This document shows positions 18,862-27,814 of a stretch of 64,000 nt of DNA, in pieces. The notes beneath the pieces were generated by a model. The model saw nothing but the letters and a program-made list of their open reading frames with translations, was not told the origin of the DNA and ran no database searches. Source of the DNA: Candidatus Ozemobacteraceae bacterium. GTDB lineage: Bacteria; Muiribacteriota; Ozemobacteria; Ozemobacterales; Ozemobacteraceae. The DNA lies in contig OZ223236.1 of the NCBI GenBank assembly GCA_965140445.1, positions 1,344,001 to 1,408,000 of the forward strand, given 5' to 3'. Each line of letters begins with the position of its first letter. The first letter of the stretch is position 1. A program made the position numbers and the translations under genes.

Positions 18862-20744
18862 TAAAATTTTCTCAACACTCTTAATTTGGCCGTATAATCC
18901 CTGAAATCACGTGTTTTATCCGTAAACTGATTATTACTTCCTTCCAGGTCTATTATCATTCTGGTACTTCGGCTATATTCTTTGGTAAGTGAGAGGTTTA
19001 ATCGATCATGAGTAGAGTCGAATGATGTGGTGGTTGGGTCGCTTTCTTCCCTTCGGAAATCCATCGCTATGCTTATGTCATCATGAAATCTGGATATTCC
19101 GCCGAAACCGTAAAATCTCGATTGATCCATTCCACCAGCTCTTTTATAACTAAGTTTTTCGATGCTGAATGAGCTGTAAACCTGTCGGAAATTGTCATAT
19201 TCCCAGGTTAAATTGAAATCAAATCGTTGAATGTCTCTGTCATTCAAAACGTTGACATCGTCTTTATCAATTGTTTGGCTTAAGCCAGCAAAATATCTCA
19301 TTTCCCCGGCTTTGTGATTAATTTCCATGAGAAGCAGATCAATATAGCGATTCATGAAGGTTGAGTTTTCAGAATATTCGTGAAGAGGCTGGTAATAGAA
19401 ATCAATTCTGAGGTCTTTATAATACTCACTTGGCTTGAGAAGAAGCTGAATTTCAGGTTGGTCACGAACAATAGTTGAGCGCTGATAATTATCCAGATTG
19501 TCTTTAGACGTTCTTTGGCTCAATCTTGCACTTATATACTGGTTCAATTCATAATAGAATCTTGCAAAATAAGACCTCTCATCCCTGGGAGTTTCACCCA
19601 ATGGAGACAGGAATGATGTGTCTGCCTGCTCAATTCCGGCTTCAACCTGAAAGTTTTCTCGTGTGTAGCCACTTACAAATCTATAGGCATCACCCTTAAG
19701 TTCTCCAACTTCGTCTCTTTTATCGAAGTCTGTATCACTTTGGGCGATTTCAGCATTTACAAAGATGTTTTCTGTTGGACGAATATTGATGTCCATTGAG
19801 TAAACTCTATTTGCAAGTTCGGGAAGCTCAGAATTTGCTCCCGCATTGTCTCGCTCGTCTTCTGTTCCCACAACGTTAAAGCCAATTTTTAACGAGTCAT
19901 CTCTGGAATGTTCAATGCGTGTTCCAGCTACGTATCTTGGGTTTTTCAAATCATCTTTCTCAAGAGCGTAATAGCCTGCAAAGCCACCTACTTTTGTATG
20001 TTCAAAATCCTGGGTGCCGTAAAACCCGAGCATTCCATGGGTCATTGAATATTGGGACATTTCGGGGAAAGCGTGTCCAAATACAAGCCTGGATCTCTGA
20101 GTTCGCGAGTCAAGCGTTACCTGATTCATTAAAAAACCGTCATTATACGGACGCTTGTCATTTGTATAAGTTCCGTCAACTGTTAAAGAAATTGAATCTC
20201 CGTCATTTCTGGATGAAAACAGTTCATACCTGATGTTTTCATCATAGAAAAAACCTTCGTTTTTTGAAGATAGATCTTTGTTGCCGTCAACCCAGTTGTT
20301 GTAATAGGAAGTGTCCAGAAACAAGTTTGAGCTGAAAAGTCTGTCCTGCTCCCACTCGTTCATGTCATAACGGTTGGCTGGTCGATTATCAACAATCGGG
20401 ATGCTTTCTGAAAGTTCTGGAGGGCGTTGTTCGGAAGCGGGAATAAAATACTTTCTATGTGGGTTTAAATTTTGATCAAATCTTGGATCTGGTGCTATTT
20501 CGATTCCATCGGCAGCATTAACAGGCTGGATCACCATGGTTGGAGAGACTGGCGGTTTCAATTCGGGTATTGCAAGGGGGTTGAAAAACACAGCATCATT
20601 ACTCGCCGAAAAAGCAATCGGACGAGAAGTGCTGGTTACATCTTCTCGTTCAATGTGGTTTTGTTGACTGGCGGTGAATCCTGAGCCAAAAAAGATCAGA
20701 AACGCCGCCAGAACAATTAGTGGTATTCTGGCGGACGATTTCAT
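18861..20744 (-). CDS. Putative outer-membrane beta-barrel protein
   Basis: Signal peptide, Pro-rich linker, many alternating amphipathic strands, C-terminal YTAKLRVLRKF ending in Phe. Confidence 0.7.
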   Translation of the reverse strand: MKSSARIPLIVLAAFLIFFGSGFTASQQNHIEREDVTSTSRPIAFSASNDAVFFNPLAIPELKPPVSPTMVIQPVNAADGIEIAPDPRFDQNLNPHRKYFIPASEQRPPELSESIPIVDNRPANRYDMNEWEQDRLFSSNLFLDTSYYNNWVDGNKDLSSKNEGFFYDENIRYELFSSRNDGDSISLTVDGTYTNDKRPYNDGFLMNQVTLDSRTQRSRLVFGHAFPEMSQYSMTHGMLGFYGTQDFEHTKVGGFAGYYALEKDDLKNPRYVAGTRIEHSRDDSLKIGFNVVGTEDERDNAGANSELPELANRVYSMDINIRPTENIFVNAEIAQSDTDFDKRDEVGELKGDAYRFVSGYTRENFQVEAGIEQADTSFLSPLGETPRDERSYFARFYYELNQYISARLSQRTSKDNLDNYQRSTIVRDQPEIQLLLKPSEYYKDLRIDFYYQPLHEYSENSTFMNRYIDLLLMEINHKAGEMRYFAGLSQTIDKDDVNVLNDRDIQRFDFNLTWEYDNFRQVYSSFSIEKLSYKRAGGMDQSRFYGFGGISRFHDDISIAMDFRREESDPTTTSFDSTHDRLNLSLTKEYSRSTRMIIDLEGSNNQFTDKTRDFRDYTAKLRVLRKF

Positions 20745-20776
20745 GTTGTTTGATGGTTTTTCAAATTAAGTTTCCG

Positions 20777-22519
20777 TTATTTCATTGAGATGAGTTTAAG
20801 TGGATCTATGGTCTTTCCATTTTTTCTTATTTCAAAGTGAAGGTGATTACCGGTTGCTACGCCAGTTGCTCCAACTTTGGCAAGAATCTGTCCCGCTCTT
20901 ACTTTTTGTCCCTTTTTAACAAGGAGTCTGCTGCAGTGAGCATACCTTGTAGAGTATCCATTGGAATGTCTTACGATTACCATGCGACCGTAACCAGATC
21001 TGTATCCAGAGTAGATTACTTTTCCGCTTGCTGCTGCTGCAATTGGAGTTCCTCTTGGAGCTGCAATGTCTAGTCCTGCATGGAAAAGTCTTTTCTTGTG
21101 AACTGGGTGGTGTCTCCAACCATATCTGTCAGAGATGCGGCCTCTTAACGGTCTAAGCCAGCTGGCAGATTTGGTTATGCTGCTTTTTCTGGTAACTTTA
21201 TATTGTTTTTTATTTGAAGGCACATTCAACAGCTGTCCATATTTTACAATCGTGCTTTTAAGATTGTTTTCTGAAACAATTGCGCTGATAGTAGTGCAGT
21301 ATCTTCTTGCTATAACAGAGAGACATTCGCCCTTCTGAACTTTGTGTTTCACTATTTTTACAGAGGCGGTTTTAACGGGTTTATTCTTTTTGCTTAAAAC
21401 TCTATAAAGTTTTTTGCCAGGTTTAATTTTAAGTGACTGGCCTCTTCTGATAAAGGCTCCAGTGATATCGTTATCTGCCTTAATTTGGGCAACAGTTGTA
21501 TCAAATTTGCGGGCGATTTTGATCAGGCTATCTCCGCGAGTAACTTCATAATTCTTGAATTCACTATTTGTTGTTTTAGAAACTTTTTGATTTTCAACTT
21601 TTTTGTCAGCTGATTTAATCTCAACTTTTGCAGTTTCAACTTTTGTTTCGACTTTCTTAGCTGCTACCGTAGGTGGAGTTTTAAGGAGTTCTTTTTCAAG
21701 GAATTTGATGTCTGGTTTGATTGCTGGAGCTTTTGCAATTTGTAGCTTGTTAAGCTTAACAAGCTGCATTTTTTGAGGTGTTGCAATCAAAGCCATTTTT
21801 TGAGGCTTAATAGTTTCAAGCTTTTTTGTGGTAAGGCTTTCTTTTTTGCTGGATGCTATAGCAAGTTTTGTATTTTTTACTTTAATTGGGATTATTATTT
21901 TCTGATCCTGAACCAGAACGTGAGATTTCAAATTGTTTGAATCGATCAGCTTTTTGAGGGGAACTCTAAATCTGCTGGCTATTCGAGAAAGAGAATCACC
22001 ACGTTTAACCTGATATACCATTTCAGAAGAAGGCATTGGAACCTTAATGGTCTGGCCAACTTTAATGGTGTCAACATCTACCAGTTTGTTAACTCTTTTT
22101 ATTTCTTTTGTTTCTGAACCGAAAATGGCGGCGATATTAGTTAATGAATCACCTTTCTTTACAGAATATTCAAGAAAGTTTTTATTGCTTACTTTATCTG
22201 TTGCTGCTGCAACAAATTCTGCTTCTACGGTTTGGGTAAGTTTCTTAATTTCTGGAGCACTTTCAACAAATGAGACTTTTTTTACAGCCTGTGTGGATGG
22301 AGCTGTTTTGGCAAGTGTTATTGGAGCTTTTGGGCAGCTTTCTTCAGCAATTTTAAAGCTTTTGATAAAATGGTTGTTCTGATATGGACTTTCAAGTGCG
22401 AATGCCACATCTGATTCTCTGTTTAAAAAGCTGTCGATAGCAATAGCTGAAGTTTCAAGTGCCACGATAGCTAGTAGTATGATTACTGAATAGTGCCTTG
22501 CTCTAAGATTATTCCACAC
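20777..22519 (-). CDS. LysM-repeat (4x) M23 family peptidoglycan endopeptidase
   Basis: YSVKKGDSL, YQVKRGDSL, YEVTRGDSL, HKVQKGECL; HAGLD and HLHFE zinc motifs. Confidence 0.93.
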   Translation of the reverse strand: MWNNLRARHYSVIILLAIVALETSAIAIDSFLNRESDVAFALESPYQNNHFIKSFKIAEESCPKAPITLAKTAPSTQAVKKVSFVESAPEIKKLTQTVEAEFVAAATDKVSNKNFLEYSVKKGDSLTNIAAIFGSETKEIKRVNKLVDVDTIKVGQTIKVPMPSSEMVYQVKRGDSLSRIASRFRVPLKKLIDSNNLKSHVLVQDQKIIIPIKVKNTKLAIASSKKESLTTKKLETIKPQKMALIATPQKMQLVKLNKLQIAKAPAIKPDIKFLEKELLKTPPTVAAKKVETKVETAKVEIKSADKKVENQKVSKTTNSEFKNYEVTRGDSLIKIARKFDTTVAQIKADNDITGAFIRRGQSLKIKPGKKLYRVLSKKNKPVKTASVKIVKHKVQKGECLSVIARRYCTTISAIVSENNLKSTIVKYGQLLNVPSNKKQYKVTRKSSITKSASWLRPLRGRISDRYGWRHHPVHKKRLFHAGLDIAAPRGTPIAAAASGKVIYSGYRSGYGRMVIVRHSNGYSTRYAHCSRLLVKKGQKVRAGQILAKVGATGVATGNHLHFEIRKNGKTIDPLKLISMK

Positions 22520-22524
22520 AATGC

Positions 22525-22576
22525 GCTCCTTGCAATTCCGTTATTCGGATTTTCTTTTTTTTAACCATCCCTGGTT
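22525..22576 (-). promoter_or_regulatory. Putative CsrA/RsmA sites in the M23 gene leader
   Basis: AACCA-GGGA-TGGTT hairpin, ACGGA, and AAGGA overlapping the SD. Confidence 0.45.
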
Positions 22577-22737
22577 TATGGCTTTTACGCCGTAGTTAAA
22601 GAATCGACAGTTTTGCGCACTTTGATTAGTAAATTTTAAAAAAAAAATATTGGATAGACGATTTTTAGATTTTTATGATATTGTTTACCCTTGGAAAACG
22701 CTTATACGACATTTTTATACTTTAAGGAGACAGGATT

Positions 22738-23202
22738 TTGAGCAAGAGACCACCTGAACTAACCTGGCAGGATAAAGCTATATTGGTAGCTATCCCTATA
22801 GTTGTTTTTACAATTTTTATTCTGGCCAATTATTTTAGTCAGGACCTGTCGGTTCCAGACGCATATGCTCAGCAGCTTCCAAAAGCTCTTGTGCGTGATG
22901 GAGGGAACATTATTCAGGTTTATCCTCAAGTGGCAACAGATAGTGCTATGTGTCGTTTAAGAGCTAGAGATAATAAGACTGAATACGATTTTGTTTTTAA
23001 CATCACTGGTTCTGAGACCATCCAATTTGAAGTTGGTCGTTTATTGCAGTTCTATGGTGAGTATGAATATGATTTAAAAGGTGGGAAAGTCACCGCTCCT
23101 TATAAGGATAAGGATAAAAGTGGACGAATGATTGGCTGGGCAATTTATGAAAATCATAGATATGTGCCTCAGAATGAAAAGGACAGCAAAGGCTCTCTTT
23201 AA
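22738..23202 (+). CDS. Membrane-anchored DUF3465-like (OB-fold) protein
   Basis: N-terminal TM; FNI...VGRLLQFYGEYEYDLKGG...GWAIYENHRY matches my recollection of the DUF3465 pattern. Confidence 0.6.
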   Translation: MSKRPPELTWQDKAILVAIPIVVFTIFILANYFSQDLSVPDAYAQQLPKALVRDGGNIIQVYPQVATDSAMCRLRARDNKTEYDFVFNITGSETIQFEVGRLLQFYGEYEYDLKGGKVTAPYKDKDKSGRMIGWAIYENHRYVPQNEKDSKGSL

Positions 23203-23229
23203 TTTAGAATTTTTCCTGGCGGCTCATTG

Positions 23230-23637
23230 TTATGGGCCGCTTGTTATTTTTAGGCTGACTTCAGCAAGTCCAGCTATTTTCATACCAAGATCGTCAGCCG
23301 CTCTTTCAGAAAGATCTATGATTCTGCCGCTTACAAAAGGGCCTCGATCATTAATTTTAACAATTACTCTTCTTCCATTTTCAAGGTTGCTTACTTGAAC
23401 ATAAGTTCCAAATGCCAGTTCTCTATGAGCGGCGGTGAGATCATTTTTGTCAAAAATTTCTCCTGACGCTGTTTGTTTTCCTTGATATTCAGCTCCATAC
23501 CATGATGCAATTCCCTGTTGGAATGAGCCACTGGTGTTAGCGGCAACTGGATCGACTTCACTGCTTTTTGAGTCACAACCAGTTAAGAAAACTGCAATTG
23601 AAAGCCAGGAGATAAATAAAAATAATTTTCTTTTCAT
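23230..23637 (-). CDS. rlpA: Septal ring lytic transglycosylase RlpA family lipoprotein (DPBB only)
   Basis: LTGC lipobox; GIASWYG, TASGE, TAAHR, INDRGPF, IIDLS; no SPOR domain. Confidence 0.92.
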   Translation of the reverse strand: MKRKLFLFISWLSIAVFLTGCDSKSSEVDPVAANTSGSFQQGIASWYGAEYQGKQTASGEIFDKNDLTAAHRELAFGTYVQVSNLENGRRVIVKINDRGPFVSGRIIDLSERAADDLGMKIAGLAEVSLKITSGP

Positions 23638-23644
23638 AGGATTT

Positions 23645-23672
23645 ATATCGGCACAAAAAAAAAGAACAATAA
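23645..23672 (-). promoter_or_regulatory. Putative sigma28 promoter of rlpA
   Basis: GCCGATAT -10 box 7 nt before the ATG; weak -35 (TTAT-N16 or TATT-N15). Confidence 0.4.
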
Positions 23673-23769
23673 AAAATTCTGTTTGGAAAAATTGGCTTTT
23701 CCATTTTGTAACGGTGAATTTGCCAGAGGAGCCAGCTGAAAATTGTGTTCTTTGTGCTTTGTAATTACA

Positions 23770-23798
23770 TTGACAAAAAAAAATGCTTTCAGTAAGAT
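23770..23798 (+). promoter_or_regulatory. Sigma70 promoter
   Basis: TTGACA-N17-TAAGAT, then AGGAGG SD. Confidence 0.7.
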
Positions 23799-23840
23799 AC
23801 TGTAATAATTAAGTAATCCCGCCTTCAGGAGGCTTTTAGT

Positions 23841-24467
23841 TTGAGTCAGCGAAAAAATTACTTTATTGCTAAGGGAATGCAAAGCAAGTTTGCCGGAACA
23901 ATTATGCTTCTGGCTTTTCTCGTTACAGTTATCACTGTTTGTAATATCTATGTTCTGGGGACATTCTTTTTCTCTACTCAGACTACAGTGGTTGAAGCAA
24001 CTGGAATCACGACCATAATGCAGACCTTTCTGGCGGAATTCTGGCCAAGGTTGTTAATGCTGGTTTTTGTAAACGTTATTATTATATTCATTGTAAGTGT
24101 AATGTACTCTCATCAGACTGCAGGTCCGGCTTATAAGCTTGAACAAAGTATCCAACGCATTGCTGATGGCGATCTGACCTTTGAGGTTCATTTGAGAAAA
24201 AATGATAACTTAAAGGAATTGGCAACTGCGTTAAACAATTTGCTTAGAAAGTTTCGTGAGACCCTGGCAAAATCAAAAACTCTGAGTGATGATATTGCTA
24301 TTAAATTAGAATCTGTAAATGATGTTGAAAAATTTGGTGAGCTTTCTAAAAGAGCAGCTGAATTAAAAACATTGATTGAGCAGTTTAAAATCTCTTCTGA
24401 CAGACTTGAAAAAGTGGTTGAAGGTGATGATGAAGAAGACGAGGAAGACGAGGAAGATGAAGCATAG
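23841..24467 (+). CDS. Two-TM HAMP-domain protein without an output domain
   Basis: Two TMs, SHQTAGPAYKLE..IADGDLT..LRKNDNLKELA HAMP, short coil, acidic tail. Confidence 0.8.
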   Translation: MSQRKNYFIAKGMQSKFAGTIMLLAFLVTVITVCNIYVLGTFFFSTQTTVVEATGITTIMQTFLAEFWPRLLMLVFVNVIIIFIVSVMYSHQTAGPAYKLEQSIQRIADGDLTFEVHLRKNDNLKELATALNNLLRKFRETLAKSKTLSDDIAIKLESVNDVEKFGELSKRAAELKTLIEQFKISSDRLEKVVEGDDEEDEEDEEDEA

Positions 24468-24498
24468 TTCATTTTAAACTCGTTTTTTAAAAAAGCTT

Positions 24499-24545
24499 AA
24501 AAAAAGCACCGGCGCTGAACTTAAATTCAGCGCCGGTGCTTTTTT
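24499..24545. terminator. Bidirectional intrinsic terminator
   Basis: AAAAAAGCACCGGCGCTGAA-cttaaa-TTCAGCGCCGGTGCTTTTTT between convergent genes. Confidence 0.9.
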
Positions 24546-24560
24546 CTTTTGATAGAAAAG

Positions 24561-25403
24561 TTAAGAAGATGGCATTAAAGCATCTTTGATTCTGCTTAGC
24601 CGACCTCTCAAGCGTAAAATTGCTTTGGTATGCAACTGAGATACCCTTGAATCTGAAACACCAAGGATCTTGCCGATTTCTTTTGAAGTTAACTCCTCAT
24701 AGTAATAAAGAGTAATTACCATTCTTTCGCGATCAGACAGCTTTGAAATCGCGTCAGCAAGAATCTTCTTAGCTTCTGATTCTTCAATCTTAAGCTGGGG
24801 GTTGTCGCTCTTTTGGTCTTCGATGAAATCAAATCTTGATGAACCTTCTTCGTCGTCGTAGAAAATCTCGTCTAGTGAAAGAAGCAAAGATTTTTTTGTT
24901 TCATCAAAAAGTTTGTGGAGCTCAGAGATGTCGATGTTTAAGTATTCAGCAACTTCTTCATCTTTGGCATCGCGTCCAAGTTGTCCTTCAAGCTTTGCAT
25001 AAGCTTTTTCAAGCTTGCGAGCTTTTGAGCGAATTGATCGCGGGGTCCAGTCGATTGCGCGAAGTTCATCAAAAATGGCTCCACGAATTCTGGTTTTAGC
25101 ATATGTCTTGAATTTAACGTTCTTTTCAAGGTCATATTTGTCTATCGCGTCGATCAATCCAAGAATTCCATAACTTACCAGGTCGTCAAATTCAACATTG
25201 CTGGGCAAATTTACTGCAATTCGTCCTGCAACATACTTTACGAAGGAAGCGTATTTCATAATTAAAGCATCTTTAACCCTTTGGTCATGATTTGCTTTAT
25301 ACTGCTCCCAGAGCTTCTGGTCTTCTTCGTCCTGAAGCCTCGCCTGAAGTTTTGGATCTGTGATTTCCTGCGATGCGTTTCCAACAAGAAGTTCTTTATT
25401 CAC
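24561..25403 (-). CDS. fliA: FliA/WhiG family RNA polymerase sigma factor (sigma28)
   Basis: DDLVSYGILGLIDAI, FKTYAKTRIRGAIFDELRAIDWTPRS, YYYEELT.KEIG..LGVSDSRVSQLH. Confidence 0.95.
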   Translation of the reverse strand: MNKELLVGNASQEITDPKLQARLQDEEDQKLWEQYKANHDQRVKDALIMKYASFVKYVAGRIAVNLPSNVEFDDLVSYGILGLIDAIDKYDLEKNVKFKTYAKTRIRGAIFDELRAIDWTPRSIRSKARKLEKAYAKLEGQLGRDAKDEEVAEYLNIDISELHKLFDETKKSLLLSLDEIFYDDEEGSSRFDFIEDQKSDNPQLKIEESEAKKILADAISKLSDRERMVITLYYYEELTSKEIGKILGVSDSRVSQLHTKAILRLRGRLSRIKDALMPSS

Positions 25404-25427
25404 ATCATCCCTCCGTGTTTGGCTGCC

Positions 25428-25832
25428 TTATGAGACAATTGCGGAGTCATTTCCAGCAAGAACATTTTTTCTAATGTTCAAGTCGGAATCAACAGCCGTC
25501 ATGAGCTCATCGGTAGGGGTGCCATAGGTTTTGTTAACTAATGAATCAGGGGTATCTTCTAAAAGATCTCCCAGTTCTTCTTTCAAATCTGAATCTTCAA
25601 AGATCATTTCTTCTTTTAGCTTCTCTAGTTCCTTTTCTGTAGTTATTGGCATTAATAATACCTCAAGAAAGCTACCAAGAACAGTACCAAGGAGGCCAAA
25701 AATGAAAAAAATCACAGTTACACGAAAGATTATCGTTCCAGCGCTAACTTTTGCCATAACTGCAAGGAGTAATATTACTCCGGTAACAGTAGTGGCAAGA
25801 AAAAGCCCCATTAGAAGAGATAATCTCGACAT
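25428..25832 (-). CDS. Two-TM membrane protein between cheD and fliA
   Basis: Two hydrophobic helices and an acidic tail; start abuts the cheD stop. Confidence 0.7.
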   Translation of the reverse strand: MSRLSLLMGLFLATTVTGVILLLAVMAKVSAGTIIFRVTVIFFIFGLLGTVLGSFLEVLLMPITTEKELEKLKEEMIFEDSDLKEELGDLLEDTPDSLVNKTYGTPTDELMTAVDSDLNIRKNVLAGNDSAIVS

Positions 25833-26318
25833 CTATAATTCCTTTGCTTCTTCTCCGAGTATGGAGAGGGTTAAAATTCCGGTTTCCAAATTAAATTCCA
25901 TTGATCTGCCGCGATTACCGCCCAAATCTTCGGCTTCAATATGAACACCAATTTTTTCCATGGCGCATCTAACAGCTTCTGCATTCAGTTTGCCAATATT
26001 AGACGAAAAGTCTTCGGTTGGGGGGAACATTTCTGAACCGCCAACAATTTTGGCAACAAGTCTGCTGCTTATTACACCTTCGCTTATTAATTTTTCAAAT
26101 AACAACGGCACTGCCGTGTCCGCAAACTTAACCGGGTTAAGTTTTTCTGGATCAATCCCGCTGGAATCTGGGAGCATTACATGAGCAAAACCGCCAATTT
26201 TACTCTTGCTATCATACATCGCTACAATAACACAGGAACCTACTCCATATGCAGCCAGGATTGCCGGGCTATTGGCGATTTTCAATTCTCCCATTCCTAC
26301 GGGAATCTTTTCTGGCAT
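25833..26318 (-). CDS. cheD: Chemoreceptor glutamine deamidase CheD
   Basis: GVGSCV, AHVMLP, KFADTA, AKIVGG..MF, EDLGGNRGR. Confidence 0.95.
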   Translation of the reverse strand: MPEKIPVGMGELKIANSPAILAAYGVGSCVIVAMYDSKSKIGGFAHVMLPDSSGIDPEKLNPVKFADTAVPLLFEKLISEGVISSRLVAKIVGGSEMFPPTEDFSSNIGKLNAEAVRCAMEKIGVHIEAEDLGGNRGRSMEFNLETGILTLSILGEEAKEL

Positions 26319-26935
26319 TAATCAACTCCAAGTGTTTGCAATAGACGGTCGAGAGAGTTCGGTTGAGGAAGAAGGAAAATATGAATTTTCAGATCTTCTT
26401 CACAGTCTATAAATGATGTTTCAATCATAAGCACCTGGTCGCTGACTGCTGTCATATCAGCAACAACAGAATCGATAAGAGAACCTGCCATGTCAAAGGT
26501 CATTGACGGAAGCGAGTTCAACATCGGAGTCTGTGTTAGGACAGATAAAGCATTTAGAAATGCTCCAGCCAGAATATTTCCAACTTCTCTCATACAAGAA
26601 CTTTCAAGCTCTCCCATATTCATCGGGTTGTCAATTTCACAACCTGGTATCAATGTTTTAAGTAATCGAAGAGCTGTTTTTTCTGGTATCAGAAGTAGAA
26701 ACCTTCCTGAAATTTCACCCATTACTTTCAGGAAAATACCCATCACCTGTTTTTCAGGACCACCTATCAATTCAGGAATCTTTTTAAAATTCATGATTGA
26801 TGCGCTGGGAACCGACATGTCGATTTTTCTGTTTAAAAACTGGGCAAGGGCGCTCGCCGCATTTCCTGAGCCGATGTTTCCGACTTCCCTGAGTGCGTCA
26901 AGCTGGGTTTTTGTCAAATTTGTAATATCTTGCAT
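26318..26935 (-). CDS. cheC: CheY-P phosphatase CheC
   Basis: DALREVGNIGSGNAA and SCMREVGNILAG repeats; ATG 26935 with GAGG SD. Confidence 0.93.
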   Translation of the reverse strand: MQDITNLTKTQLDALREVGNIGSGNAASALAQFLNRKIDMSVPSASIMNFKKIPELIGGPEKQVMGIFLKVMGEISGRFLLLIPEKTALRLLKTLIPGCEIDNPMNMGELESSCMREVGNILAGAFLNALSVLTQTPMLNSLPSMTFDMAGSLIDSVVADMTAVSDQVLMIETSFIDCEEDLKIHIFLLPQPNSLDRLLQTLGVD

Positions 26936-26964
26936 GTGCAACCTCTGACAGATACAGTCCAAGC

Positions 26965-26994
26965 CATTATAAAGCAGTCATTCTTATAATGCAA
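26965..26994 (-). promoter_or_regulatory. Sigma70 promoter of cheC-cheD-orf-fliA with an overlapping palindrome
   Basis: TTGCAT-N17-TATAAT; inverted repeat CATTATAA-N11-TTATAATG. Confidence 0.6.
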
Positions 26995-27034
26995 GGCTTG
27001 AACCCTTTTATTTTTGTATAGAAAAAAAGGGGAA

Positions 27035-27658
27035 TTAGTCGTCTTCTTGATCCGTTTCTGTAGGCGTTTTAGAAGAAAAGTCTTTTCCGTTAAATTTTGT
27101 CATTGCTTGATTTCCCATGCCAAGGAGAAGCAATGCAATGATATCTGGAATATCTTTTAGGACATTTTCAAAAATTTTCCATTCATCTTCAGAGATTTCG
27201 CCTAATACGTGTGAAACAAGTTTCTGGTGTGAATCTTCAATATCTTCCTCGGACCTTGGCTCTCCAACCCCAACTCTGATTCTCCAAAATTTTCTTCCAA
27301 TATGGCTGATAATTGACTTAAGCCCATTGTGTCCGCCGTCACTGCCTGAGGCTCTTATTCTGATTCTTCCAATTGGTAAATTAATGTCGTCAACAATAAC
27401 TATCAGGCTTTCTGGTGCCATTTCTTCTTCAATGAGGAGGCTGGAAACAGATTCTCCTGATAAATTCATGTAGGTTTGGGGTTTTAAAAGCAAATGTTCC
27501 AATCCCCGAAAAGAAAATTTAGAAATTATACCTTTATGCGCTTTTAAATTTTCTCCAGCCCCAAATCGATTTGAAAGCGCGTCAATTGCCCAGAATCCGA
27601 CGTTATGTCTTGTGTTCTGATATTCTTTTCCCGGGTTGCCTAATCCTGCGATGATCAT
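27035..27658 (-). CDS. pth: Peptidyl-tRNA hydrolase
   Basis: GLGNPG, TRHNVGF, KPQTYMNLSG, GGHNGLKS, RIRVGV. Confidence 0.96.
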   Translation of the reverse strand: MIIAGLGNPGKEYQNTRHNVGFWAIDALSNRFGAGENLKAHKGIISKFSFRGLEHLLLKPQTYMNLSGESVSSLLIEEEMAPESLIVIVDDINLPIGRIRIRASGSDGGHNGLKSIISHIGRKFWRIRVGVGEPRSEEDIEDSHQKLVSHVLGEISEDEWKIFENVLKDIPDIIALLLLGMGNQAMTKFNGKDFSSKTPTETDQEDD

Positions 27659-27735
27659 AATGCTAGAATAGATAACAGAGGCCATGCTTTTTAGTCAACT
27701 CAAATTCCTTTATTGATGCTGATAATTACTAAAAT

Positions 27736-27765
27736 TTGACATGTACGACAATTGACGGGTATAAT
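27736..27765 (+). promoter_or_regulatory. Sigma70 promoter of gpmI-gmk
   Basis: TTGACA-N18-TATAAT. Confidence 0.75.
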
Positions 27766-27814
27766 CCGCCAAACCTTAGGGTTGATACCCGAATTTTTCA
27801 AGGTTTAACAAATT

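Noticed and set aside
23650..23760. Nested inverted repeats and a GGCAAA start resembling a c-di-GMP-I riboswitch upstream of rlpA
   Set aside because: The GNRA-capped P2 and GACGCAAAG core are missing, and much of the pairing comes from A/T runs; an Infernal/Rfam scan would settle it
23643..23882. 79-aa minus-strand ORF between rlpA and the HAMP gene
   Set aside because: Spans promoter elements and overlaps the HAMP gene start; composition reflects homopolymer tracts
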